From Candidatus Eiseniibacteriota bacterium (GTDB lineage: Bacteria; Eisenbacteria; RBG-16-71-46), in the NCBI GenBank assembly GCA_963744995.1, contig CAVUWA010000011.1, forward strand, positions 451,096-515,095: a stretch of DNA of 64,000 nucleotides, in the 5' to 3' direction. Below, one piece after another: positions 44,926-55,133 of the stretch. Position numbers and translations under genes: made by a program. Under the pieces are notes generated by a model. The model was given only the letters and a program-made list of their open reading frames with translations. It had not been told where the DNA came from and searched no databases. How positions within the stretch are numbered: position 1 is the stretch's first letter; each line of letters starts with the position of its first letter.

Positions 44926-46545
44926 TCAGCGCCAGGGTTGCTCGAATCCCTCGCTCGGGGTGCGCAGCGACAGCCGCTGCACGGTGTCGAATACCTCGAT
45001 CGACCAGTCGAAGATGTTGTGCCTGGCGAGGCTCTCGCGCAGCGCCGCCATGCGCGCGCGGCGCCGCCGCGGCTTCTCGCTGAGCGCAAGGTGGAAGGTG
45101 TCCGCGAGCGTCTCGCGATCGTACGGCGACGCGAGCCACGCGCGACCCAGCTCGAGCGCCGCGCCGGCGAACGGCGACAGCACCAGCGTGCCGTTCAGCT
45201 CCGGGTGCGCCGCCACGTATTCCTTCGCCACCAGATTCATGCCGTCGTGGAGCGACGTCACCGAGCACAGGTCGGCGAGCTGCAGGTACGGCACCACGTC
45301 GCGGAAGTCGTGATTCTTCTCGATCAGGTGCACGGTGCGTGAATACGCCTCGCGCACGCGGCCGCGGCGCCGCGGAAACCGCTCGTTGATCCGTCGCACC
45401 GCGTTGCGTGTCCGCGTGATCACCTCGCGGTACTCGCGCAGCTCGATGCGCGTGGGCACGCCGATCTGGATGTGGACGAGCTTGCCGACCCACTGCGGGT
45501 ACTTCTCGAACATGCGCTCCATGCCCTCGAAGCGCTCGGGAATGCCCTTGGTGTAGTCCATCCGGTCCACGCCGACGGTGACCACGGTGTCGTCTTCGAT
45601 GCCGAAGCGCTCGCGGATGCCGGCGATCGCCGCCCTGGTCTCGGGCGACTCGGCCATGCGCCCGATCTGGTCGACGTCCACGCTGATCGGGAAGTTGCGG
45701 ACCCAGGTGCGCTCGCCGTGCCGGTGCACGACCATCTGTTCGTCGTCGACGCGCGACTCGAGCGTATCGCCGACGATGTCGAGAAAATTCATGGCGTGTG
45801 CACGGATGTGAAACGCGATCACGTCGTTCGCGAGCATGCCTTCGAGCAGCTCGCGCCGCCACGGCAGGATGCGGAACACCTCGGCGTTCGGCCACGGAAT
45901 GTGCCAGAACAGCGCGACGTCGAGGTCCGGCCGCTTCGCCTTGATGTACTTCGCCGCCATCGCCAGATGGTAGTCCTGGATGAACACCAGCGCCGGTTCG
46001 TCACCGACCTCCTCGAGCACCGCATTGGCGAAACGCTGGTTGATCTCGCAGTAGCGTTCCCACTGCTGCAGATGGAACCGCGGACGCACGTACACGACGT
46101 GACACAGCGGCCACAGCGCCCCGTTCGAAAAGCCGCCGTAGTAGAGCTGGTAGTCCTCGCGCGAGATCCACACGCGCTTGAGTGTGAACGTGGGGTCTTC
46201 TTCGGGGAGCCGGACGCGGCTGCGCTCGTCCACCGCGGCGCGGTCGGCGGTGCCGTGGCCGTACGCCACCCACAGGCCGCCGAGCGCCTGGACGACGGAG
46301 TCCAGCGCCACCGTCAGCCCGCCCACGTTGCGCAGCACGTGCGTCTGACCCTGCTCGCGCACGTGCGTGTACGGCTCGCGGTTGGACACCACGACCAGCC
46401 GCTTGTCGCGCATGTAGGCGCGCGACCACTGCAGCAGGTCCTGGCGCGTGGTGCGTTTGGGGCGGTAGCCGGCTTCGGCGCGCTCGGGGGCGTCGATCGT
46501 CGTGCCCGAGCGCGTGCCACGGGGCGGATTCATCGCATCTCCCAT
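44926..46545 (-). CDS. otsA: Trehalose-6-phosphate synthase (GT20 family)
   Basis: VVSNREPY, GGL, FSNGALWPLCH, QDYHL, FWHIPWP, GVDRMDYTKGI, HDGMNLVAKEY. Confidence 0.9.
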   Translation of the reverse strand: MGDAMNPPRGTRSGTTIDAPERAEAGYRPKRTTRQDLLQWSRAYMRDKRLVVVSNREPYTHVREQGQTHVLRNVGGLTVALDSVVQALGGLWVAYGHGTADRAAVDERSRVRLPEEDPTFTLKRVWISREDYQLYYGGFSNGALWPLCHVVYVRPRFHLQQWERYCEINQRFANAVLEEVGDEPALVFIQDYHLAMAAKYIKAKRPDLDVALFWHIPWPNAEVFRILPWRRELLEGMLANDVIAFHIRAHAMNFLDIVGDTLESRVDDEQMVVHRHGERTWVRNFPISVDVDQIGRMAESPETRAAIAGIRERFGIEDDTVVTVGVDRMDYTKGIPERFEGMERMFEKYPQWVGKLVHIQIGVPTRIELREYREVITRTRNAVRRINERFPRRRGRVREAYSRTVHLIEKNHDFRDVVPYLQLADLCSVTSLHDGMNLVAKEYVAAHPELNGTLVLSPFAGAALELGRAWLASPYDRETLADTFHLALSEKPRRRRARMAALRESLARHNIFDWSIEVFDTVQRLSLRTPSEGFEQPWR

Positions 46546-46645
46546 CTCGTGCAGACCTTGCGCGGTACCTTCGCACTATAACGCATGTGGCACGCGCGGG
46601 GATCGGCTTGCCGCACCCGTGTAAATGCGCTATCTACGGAACTCT

Positions 46646-48001
46646 ATGCGGCCCCGTCGCAGGCTTTCACGCCGTCTGTTCCTGCCCATCCTCCTTGCCG
46701 GGGTGCTGTTCCCGGCCATGGCGCGGGCCGCGGACGCGGGGCACAACGCGTCGTTCCTGCCGATCCTCGGCAGTCTGGTGCTGGTGCTCGCGGGAGCCAG
46801 GCTCGGCGGCGCGGCATTCCTGCGTTTCGGCCAGTCGGCGGTGCTCGGCGAACTCACCGTCGGCATTCTGTTCGGCAACCTGGGGCTGATCGGCTTCGGC
46901 GCGGTCGAATCGCTCAAGAGCCTGCCCGGCCTCGAGATCCTGGCCGAGATCGGCGTGCTGTTCCTGCTGTTCGAGGTCGGCCTCGAGTCCGACGTGGGCG
47001 AGATGATGAAGGTCGGCGCCTCGTCGCTGCTGGTCGCGGTGCTGGGCGTGGTCGCGCCGATCGTGCTCGGCTACTTCGCCGCGTTGTGGTTCTTCCCCGA
47101 CCACAGCGCGTTCAGCCACTGGTTCGTGGGCGCGACGCTGTGCGCGACCAGCGTGGGGATCACCGCGCGCGTGCTGTCGGACCTGCATCGCACCACCAGC
47201 AAAGAAGGGCGCATCATCCTCGGCGCGGCGGTGCTCGACGACGTGCTCGGCCTGATCGTGCTCGCGGTGCTGGCCGGCATCATCGAGGCGGCGAACAAGG
47301 GCGTCGACTTCGACGTGGCCTCGGTGGGGATGATCCTGTTCAAGTCGATCGCATTCCTCGTCGGCGCATTCCTGGTCGGCCGCTGGCTGTCACCGCGTGC
47401 ATTCCATTTCGCCACGCGGCTGCGCGGCGAGGGCTATCTGCTCACGATCTCGCTGGTGTTCTGCTTCGGGCTCGCCTACCTCGCCGGGCTTGCCGGCCTC
47501 GCGCCGATCGTCGGAGCGTTCGCGGGCGGGCTGATCCTCGACGAGGTGCACTATCAGGACCTGCGCGCCAAGGATCAGCGCAATCGCAGCATCCCCGACC
47601 TGTTGCAACCGCTCGCCAGCTTCCTGGTGCCGGTGTTCTTCGTGCTCATGGGCATGCGGGTGGACCTCACGGTGTTCGGCGACGTCGGCGTGCTCGGGTT
47701 CGCGGCGGTGCTCACGCTGGCCGCATTCATCGGCAAGCAGGCGTGTTCGCTCGGCGTGCTCGAAAAGGGCGCCGATCGCTTCGCCATCGGGCTCGGCATG
47801 ATCCCGCGCGGCGAGGTGGGCCTGATCTTCGCCGGCATCGGCTCGTCGCTGATGATCGGCTCCGAGCGCGTGGTGGACGGCGCGATCTTCTCGGCCGTGG
47901 TCGTCATGGTGGTGATCACCACCATGGCCACGCCGCCGTTGCTGGTGTGGCGGCTGAGCCAGGGCGCGCGCACCGCGGCGCCCAGCGAGGGCACGCCTTG
48001 A
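46646..48001 (+). CDS. Cation:proton antiporter (CPA2, NapA-like)
   Basis: GQSAVLGEL, LFEVGLES, ATSVGIT, LGAAVLDD, GMIPRGEVG; start 46625 or 46646. Confidence 0.92.
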   Translation: MRPRRRLSRRLFLPILLAGVLFPAMARAADAGHNASFLPILGSLVLVLAGARLGGAAFLRFGQSAVLGELTVGILFGNLGLIGFGAVESLKSLPGLEILAEIGVLFLLFEVGLESDVGEMMKVGASSLLVAVLGVVAPIVLGYFAALWFFPDHSAFSHWFVGATLCATSVGITARVLSDLHRTTSKEGRIILGAAVLDDVLGLIVLAVLAGIIEAANKGVDFDVASVGMILFKSIAFLVGAFLVGRWLSPRAFHFATRLRGEGYLLTISLVFCFGLAYLAGLAGLAPIVGAFAGGLILDEVHYQDLRAKDQRNRSIPDLLQPLASFLVPVFFVLMGMRVDLTVFGDVGVLGFAAVLTLAAFIGKQACSLGVLEKGADRFAIGLGMIPRGEVGLIFAGIGSSLMIGSERVVDGAIFSAVVVMVVITTMATPPLLVWRLSQGARTAAPSEGTP

Positions 48002-49365
48002 GCACGCCGCGGCCCGGCAGGCGCGCGCGGCGCGGCGCGGCCGCGGCACCCTTCGCCGCGCCGGCACTCGCGCTCCTCATGGCGCTCGCCGGCTGCGCCG
48101 GAAGCGGACCCGCGACGCGGGGGCCGGCGATGCTCGCGGGCGGCAGGGAGGGGCCGCCCGGTGACGCCACGGCATTCGTCGCCCACGCCGAAGCACGGGC
48201 GGCCGACGCCCGCGCGCTGATGGCGCGCATCGCCGGGACCTCCGGGAGCGACGGCGCCGCGCCGGGCGCGCCGTCCCTCGATGCACTCACCCGCGCCGTC
48301 GAACCCGGGCGCGCGCTGCTGGTCTACGAACTCGCCGACCCGCGCTCGAGCGTGTGGGCGGTGACGAGCGCGGGCTGGCGTCGTTTCGAGCTGCCCGCGG
48401 GAGACGCGATCGCGGCGAAGATCGACACGCTGCGCGCGCTGCTGGTCAAGCCCGACCTCGCGGTGTCGCCGGAGGCGCAGCGGCTCGAGCGGCGTCTGTA
48501 CATGATGCTGCTCGCCTCGCCCGAGCCGCTGTTCCGCGCGAAGCTGGCGCTGACGATCGTCCCCGACGGCGCGCTGTGGCTGCTGCCGTTCGAGACGCTG
48601 CTCACGGTCGAGCCGGAGCTGAAGAAGGAACCGCCGAAGCACGGCTACGTGATCGAGCGCTGGAGCGTGGCCTACGCGATGTCGGCGGCGGCCGGCGCGC
48701 CGCCGCCGTCCGCGGGGGTGCTCGGCGGGGTGCTCGCGCTCGGCGATCCGCTCTACGAACGCGGCGACGAGGCCGGTGACGGTCCCACGCTGCCTGCGCT
48801 GCCCAAGACGGCAGCGGAGCTGGCTGCGGTCGACCAGCAGGCGCGCGGCCGCGAACGCGTGGCGCTGGTCGGCGCGGACGCGACGCGCGAGCGGCTCATG
48901 GCCGAACCGTTGCTCGCCGACGCCGGCGTGATCCACCTCGCCACCCACACGGTGGCGGTGGACGCCGAACCCGAACGCTCGGGGCTGTGGCTCGCCACCG
49001 ACGGCAGGGACGGCCCGACGCATCTCTCCGCGCGCGACATCATGAAGCTCGACCTGCGCGCGCGGCTCGTCGCGCTCACCGAATGCGAAACGTCGGACGT
49101 CGGTCCCGACGCAGGACGCGGCCTGCGTGCGCTGGCGGGTGCGTTCTTCGACGCCGGGGCAAAGCAGGTGATGCCGAGCCTGTGGAAGCCGATCGACCGC
49201 TCGACCGGCCTGCTGCTCGACCGGTTCTACCGCGATTACCTGCGCAAGGGATTCACCGCGCCCGATGCGCTCGCGGACGCGAAGCGGCAGATGCTGAAGA
49301 AGCCCGAGACGCGCAGTCCGTTCCTGTGGGCGCCGCTCGTGGTGATCGAGGGAGGCGCGCCCTGA
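47998..49365 (+). CDS. CHAT-domain (caspase-like) lipoprotein
   Basis: TTG overlapping the antiporter TGA; lipobox LAGC; IVPDGALWLLPFE, LGDP, LP..AAE, HLATH, LTECET, SLWK, FLWAP. Confidence 0.85.
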   Translation: MSTPRPGRRARRGAAAAPFAAPALALLMALAGCAGSGPATRGPAMLAGGREGPPGDATAFVAHAEARAADARALMARIAGTSGSDGAAPGAPSLDALTRAVEPGRALLVYELADPRSSVWAVTSAGWRRFELPAGDAIAAKIDTLRALLVKPDLAVSPEAQRLERRLYMMLLASPEPLFRAKLALTIVPDGALWLLPFETLLTVEPELKKEPPKHGYVIERWSVAYAMSAAAGAPPPSAGVLGGVLALGDPLYERGDEAGDGPTLPALPKTAAELAAVDQQARGRERVALVGADATRERLMAEPLLADAGVIHLATHTVAVDAEPERSGLWLATDGRDGPTHLSARDIMKLDLRARLVALTECETSDVGPDAGRGLRALAGAFFDAGAKQVMPSLWKPIDRSTGLLLDRFYRDYLRKGFTAPDALADAKRQMLKKPETRSPFLWAPLVVIEGGAP

Positions 49366-49458
49366 GCCGCGCGTAGTTCCCCGTCCGCCCGGACGCAGCG
49401 AGGCGGGTCCGCCTGCGCGGGCCCGCCTCGTGTGCTTCGTTCCGTGAGATCCGCCGGC

Positions 49459-49917
49459 TCAGCGCCGGCCGTGCTTGCCCCTGGACCCCGCGCCGCGACC
49501 GTGCGCGTCGGCCCGCTCCGCGTGGGCGCCCGTCTTCTTCATCAGCCCGGGCGGTCCGCCGTGCGGGTGATGGTGCCAGTACTTCTGCGGCACGTTGATG
49601 ATCGCGCGCGGCACGTACTTCGGTTCGACCACGGTGAACGGGCCGCGATAGCGGCGCGCTCGATACCAGTGATCGCTGCGGTAGATGTACCAGTACACGC
49701 CGTAGCGGAAGTAGTCGTAGTCGTGCCTGTCGCCGATCACGACATAGACCGAGGTGTGCGGCACCAGCTCGGTCCGGGGCATCTCGCGATAGACGACCGT
49801 GGGCGGGGGCGGCGCGGTGCCGACGTGCAGCGTGACGTCGAGCGAGGTTCCGGCCCGCGCCGAAGCGGGCACCGCTATCGCGAGAGACATGATGGAGGCC
49901 ATCATCAGCTTGCGCAT
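49459..49917 (-). CDS. Small exported Tyr/Arg/His-rich hypothetical protein (PPGxxKK motif)
   Basis: SD AGGGAG; signal peptide; APPPP, YWY...WYRA..YRGP, PPGLMKK. Confidence 0.75.
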   Translation of the reverse strand: MRKLMMASIMSLAIAVPASARAGTSLDVTLHVGTAPPPPTVVYREMPRTELVPHTSVYVVIGDRHDYDYFRYGVYWYIYRSDHWYRARRYRGPFTVVEPKYVPRAIINVPQKYWHHHPHGGPPGLMKKTGAHAERADAHGRGAGSRGKHGRR

Positions 49918-50009
49918 GGGTGTCTCCCTCTCCTGTCTCCTGGGTTTGATCCTGGGACCCCCGCGTTTCGGGGGCAGCAGAGCGCACGGTTGCGCTCCGC
50001 AGGGGGTAC

Positions 50010-50025
50010 TGCAGGCCATGTGCCA
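50010..50025 (-). promoter_or_regulatory. Putative sigma54 (-24/-12) promoter
   Basis: Minus strand TGGCAC-ATGGC-CTGCA with correct GG/GC spacing, about 90 nt upstream of ATG 49917. Confidence 0.5.
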
Positions 50026-50405
50026 CCCCGGCCGGTCCGGGGTCGAGCTCCGGATCCATTGCGCCGCAACCGGTTGCACTATCGTGCAAGGTGCTGTTTC
50101 GGCCTGAGACGGGGCGATCTGCCCTGTGGTGTGGCGAAGCGGCACCATCCGGGGCAAACGGCCCGGAATCGAGGGGGGGGCCGCAGGCGCCTGCGGCGCC
50201 CGGGGACGGCGAGGGCGCGCGGGCATGGCGCAGGTGGAGCCCGTCGCCGGGCACGGACGTGGCGCTGAGCGCGGACGTCCTGCCGCGCCCGGTGAGCGGC
50301 GCCCCCCGCCCGGCAGATTCGGGTTCGCGCCGCGCGGGCCGGGCGATAGGATGCGCGTCTGGCCATTGCCGGGCCAGGCCCCGCAACCCCGTATCAGGAG
50401 CCCCC

Positions 50406-53400
50406 ATGCACTGCATTCCGCCGCCTGCCTCGTGCGGAGGGAGCGCCCCCTCGCGCCCCCGCCGACCCCGCGGTCCGTTCGCCGCCGCGCTGACGCTCCT
50501 TCTCTTTTCAGCCGCCCATTGCGCCCGGCCGGCGGGCGCCGCGGCGGCCACGCCGCGCGTCCACGCGATCGTCGGCGCGCGCATCGTCACCCGTCCGGGG
50601 CAGGTCATCGAGCGCGGCACGATCGTCCTGCGCGACGGCGTGATCGAAGCCGTCGGCGCGAAGGTGCAGGTGCCGGCGGACGCGCGCGTGTGGGAAGGCA
50701 CGGGACTCACCGTGTGGCCGGGGATGATCGATCCGTTCGTGTCGCCGCCCGCGCCCGAGCGCAGCCGTGCGCGCGGCGCAGCGCGCAGCACCGCCCGGGT
50801 CGAAGCGAGCGAAGGCGCCGGCCACGCGCTTGCGACGGTGACGCCCGAGCGCCGCATGGTCGCCGAAGACGCGCTCGATGCGAAGCGGATCGAGGCGCTG
50901 CGCGAGGCCGGCTTCACCGCGGCGAACGTGGTCCCCGAGACCGGCATCCTGCGCGGGCAGAGCGCCGTGTTCGGGCTCGGCGACGGCGCGTCGAACCGGC
51001 GGCTGCTGAAATCCGACGCCGCCGCGATCATGTCCATCGAGACCGCGCCGGTCGGCTACCCCGGCTCGCGCATGGGCGCGATCGCGGTGATGCGCCAGGC
51101 GTTCCTCGACGCGGCGTGGTACCGCGACGTGCGCAACGCCTACGCGCGCTCGCCGGTGGGGGTGGAACGTCCCGAGTACAACACGGCCTGGGACGCGCTG
51201 CAGCCGCTGCTGCAGGGTGCGCAGCCGGCGTTCGTGCGTGTCGACGACATGCTCGGTGTGCTCGAGGCCGCCCACATCGGCCGCGAGGCCGGCTTCACGC
51301 CGGTGGTGGTCGGCGCCGGCGATTCCTACAAGCGCGTGGAGGAGATCGCCGCGACCGGGGTCTCGCTGATCGTGCCCGTGCGCTACCCGGAGGTGCCGGA
51401 CGTGAGCGATCCGGACGATGCAGTCGAGGTCGCGACCGAAGCGCTGCGCTACTGGCAGGACGCGCCGGGCAACGCGAGCGTGCTCGCGAAGCGGGGGATC
51501 CGCTTCGCGCTGACCGCGCGCATGCTCGAGAAGCCGAAGGCGTTTCGCGGCGCGGTCACCGAGGCGATCGCGCGGGGGCTCACCCCCGACCAGGCGCTCG
51601 CCGCCGTCACCACCGTGCCGGCCGCGATGCTGGGGCTCTCGAACCGGATCGGCACGCTCGCCCCCGGCAAGGTGGCGAACCTCACCGTGACCACCGGCGA
51701 TCTGTTCGCGCGGGGCAGCGACGTGCGCGAGGTGTGGGTGGACGGCAACCGCTACGAAGTGCAGCCGCCGGCCGAGAGCTTCGCCGGCCGCTGGAAGATC
51801 CAGTGGGGCATGGACGCCGGCACGCTGGTGGTCGAAGCGGGACGCGACACGACGGTGAAAGTGATCGCCGGGGCGGACACGCTCGAGGCGAAACGGGTCG
51901 CGCTCTCCGACCGGCGGCTGCGCTTCGAGACCGGTGCCGGCGAGTCCGCGGCGTCGTTCGACATCACCCGCGAGCACGCGGGGCTCACCGGCTTCCGCGA
52001 GGCCGGCGCCGGCGAGACGCGCGCGCGACAGGAACTCACCGGGATCCAGCTGCCGAAATCACCCGACCGGGAGGAGCCCGAGCCGAAGCTCGTCCAGGCC
52101 CCGGTGGTGATGGGCCAGAGCGAGCCGTGGCGCATGCCGCGGCCCGAGCAGCCGGCCGCCGTGCTGGTCCGCCACGCGACGATCTGGACCGCGGGCCCGC
52201 AGGGCACGGTCGAGGCCGCCGACCTGCTGGTCCGGAACGGGAAGATCGCCGCCGTCGGCCGCCACCTCGACGCGCCGCACGGCGCGGTGGTGATCGACGG
52301 CACCGGCAGACAGGTGACCCCCGGCATCATCGATGAGCACAGTCATGCGGCGATCCTCGGCGGGGTCAACGAATGCACGAACAGCAACACCGCCGAGGTG
52401 CGGATCCAGGACGTGATCAACTCGGAGTCCATCAACATCTACCGGCACCTGGCCGGCGGCACCACGATCATGCACCTGCTGCACGGTTCGTGTAACGCGA
52501 TCGGCGGACAGTGCGCCGCGATCAAGTGTCGCTGGGGCGAGGCGCCGGCCGGGCTGTGGATCTCCGACATGCCGCCGACGATCAAGTTCGCGCTCGGCGA
52601 GAATCCGAAACGCTCGAACTTCGAGATTCCCGGGATTCCGAACCGCTACCCGACCTCGCGCGGCGGCGTCGAGCAGGTGTACCGCGACGCGTTCACGCAT
52701 GCGCTCGACTACCGCGCCCGCGTGGAACGAGTACCGCGCCGGCAAGCGCAAGCTGCCGCCCCGGCGCGATCTCAACACGGAGGCGCTGCTGGAGATCCTC
52801 GACGGCAAGCGACTCGTCCACTGCCACAGCTACCGGCAGGACGAGATCCTGATGCTGATGCGCGTGGCCGAGGACTTCGGCTTCCGCATCAACACGTTCA
52901 CGCACATCCTCGAGGGCTACAAGGTCGCGGACGAGATGGCCGCGCACGGCGCCGCCGGCTGCGGTTTCACCGACTGGTGGGCGTACAAGTACGAGGTCAT
53001 CGACGCCATTCCGTACAACGGCTACCTGATGTGGGACCGCGGCGTGCTCGCCGGGTTCAATTCGGACGACGCCGAACTCGCCAGGCGCCTGAACCAGGAG
53101 GCCGCGAAGGCGGTCAAGTACGGGGGCGTGCCCCCCGAGGAGGCGATCAAGTTCGTGACGATCAATCCGGCGAAGATGCTGAAGATCGACGACCGGGTCG
53201 GCTCGCTCGAACCGGGCAAGGACGCCGATTTCGTGATCTGGTCGGGGAGTCCGCTGTCGCCGGCGTCGCACGTCGAGCAGACCTGGATCGAGGGCCGCAA
53301 GTACTTCGATCGCGAGGCCGACCTCGCCGCGCGGCCGGCGCTCGCGGCGGAGCGCGCGGCGCTGATCGCACGCGCGAAGAAGATGAAGAAGGGCGGCGGC

Positions 53401-53532
53401 CACGCAGGCGGCGGACCGGACGATCCGGGGTTCATCTACCTCGACGACCGCGAGGTCACCGGCGATGACTGCGGCGCGCTGGAAGACTACGTGCGGCAGA
53501 ACGGTCTCCTGGATGGGGAGGCGGGACGATGA
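50406..53532 (+). CDS. Double-domain amidohydrolase, split by a +1 frameshift near 52718 (assembly error or pseudogene)
   Basis: SD AGGAG; domain 1 PGMIDP; domain 2 PGIIDEHSH, KFALGEN; removing one C at 52717-52719 gives DYRAAWNEYRAGK...HCHSY...THILEGY...NSDD. Confidence 0.85.
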
Positions 53533-54908
53533 CCCGCCCGCCGGGAGTGCCCGCCCCGCGCAGGTCGCATCGCGCGTTGCGCCCGCTGCACGCCGCGCTC
53601 GGCGTGGCCCTGCTGTGCACCACGGGGGCCGCCCCCGCGGCGCGCGCCGAAACCATCGCCCTCACCGGCGGCACCGTGCACACCGTGAGCGGTCCGACGA
53701 TCCCGAACGCGACCGTGGTGATCGCCGACGGGAAGATCGCGGCGGTCGGAGCCGCCGTCGCGGTGCCCGCCGGCGCGCGCGTCGTGTCGGTGGCCGGCAA
53801 GGACGTGTGGCCGGGGATCGTCAGTCCGAACACCGTGATCGGTCTGGCGGAGATCGAGAGCGTGAAGGGAACCATCGACTACACCGAGACCGGCCACTTG
53901 AACCCCAACATCCGCGCCGAGGCGGAGTTCAATCCCGGCAGCCAGCACATCGAGGTCGCGCGCGTGAACGGCATCACCACCGCGCACGTGATGCCGGCAG
54001 GCGACGTGATCTCGGGGACCGGCGCGCTCATGCACATGGACGGCTGGACCTGGGAGGACATGACCGTCCGTGCGCCCACGGGCCTGATCGTGCGCTGGCC
54101 GAACATGACGCCGGTGCGCAGCTTCTTCAGGCCGCAGAGCGACGAGGAACAGGCGCAGGCGCGCGACCGGGCGATCGGCGAGATCCGCGAGGCGTTCGAC
54201 GACGCGCGCGCCTACTGGAAGGCGCGTGAGGCCGAAGGGGAGCGCGGCATTCCCCGGCACGACCGCGACGTGAAGTGGAACGCGATGAAACGGGTGCTCG
54301 ACGGCGACCTTCCGGTCATGTTCGTGGCCAGGCGCATGAACCAGATCCGCGCCGCGCTCGACTTCGCCGACGAGGAGGGTCTCGGGAACATCGTGCTGGT
54401 GGGCGCCAACGACGCCTACCGCATCGCCGATGAGCTCGCGCAGCGCGACGTGGCGGTGATCTGCGAGCGTGTGTTCGATCAACCGCTGCGCAGCGCCGAT
54501 CCCTACGATCTGCCCTACGCGCTGCCGGCCAAGCTCGAGGCCGCAGGCGTGCGGTTCTGCATCTCGGACGGCGCGGGCTCGCAGTCCGAGCCCAATAATC
54601 CGATGAACGCGCGCAATCTGCCCTACGAAGCCGGCATGGCGACCGCGTTCGGCCTGTCGCACGACGAGGCGGTGCGGGCGATCACGCTGTACCCCGCGCA
54701 GATCCTGGGCGCGGGCGACCGTCTGGGCTCGATCGAAGCGGGCAAGATCGCCGACCTGGTGGTGACCGAGGGCGACCTGCTGGAGATCACGACGAAGGTC
54801 GATCAGGTCTACATCGGCGGCAAGGCGATCTCGATGGAGAACAAGCAGACGCGCCTGTTCGAAAAGTACGACCACCGCCCGCGCGGGCCGAACGCCCGCA
54901 AGCGCTGA
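53529..54908 (+). CDS. Amidohydrolase-family protein (exported, lacks the HxH motif)
   Basis: ATGA overlap; GKDVWPGIVSP, RVNGITT, AITLYPAQILG, GSIEAGKIADLVV. Confidence 0.88.
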   Translation: MTRPPGVPAPRRSHRALRPLHAALGVALLCTTGAAPAARAETIALTGGTVHTVSGPTIPNATVVIADGKIAAVGAAVAVPAGARVVSVAGKDVWPGIVSPNTVIGLAEIESVKGTIDYTETGHLNPNIRAEAEFNPGSQHIEVARVNGITTAHVMPAGDVISGTGALMHMDGWTWEDMTVRAPTGLIVRWPNMTPVRSFFRPQSDEEQAQARDRAIGEIREAFDDARAYWKAREAEGERGIPRHDRDVKWNAMKRVLDGDLPVMFVARRMNQIRAALDFADEEGLGNIVLVGANDAYRIADELAQRDVAVICERVFDQPLRSADPYDLPYALPAKLEAAGVRFCISDGAGSQSEPNNPMNARNLPYEAGMATAFGLSHDEAVRAITLYPAQILGAGDRLGSIEAGKIADLVVTEGDLLEITTKVDQVYIGGKAISMENKQTRLFEKYDHRPRGPNARKR

Positions 54909-54919
54909 AGCCGGGCTCT

Positions 54920-54963
54920 GGTGACGGCTCCCCGCCCGCCGGCAGGGGGCCGTCGCCGTTTTC
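54920..54963 (+). terminator. Rho-independent terminator
   Basis: ggtgacggctcccc...gggggccgtcgcc followed by gtttt. Confidence 0.65.
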
Positions 54964-55133
54964 CGTCACGCCCTCCGGCTCCGCCCCGGCCCGCCCTACC
55001 GGCCCGCCCCGCGGCGGTCCCGTTTCGGCCCGCGCCGGTCGCCGCCCCGCGTTTTGAACGTCGCCCGGCCGCGGAGCCCGTGCTAGCCTTCCCGCCTTCC
55101 CCGCTCACGGAACCCCTCAACACGGAGCCCCTC

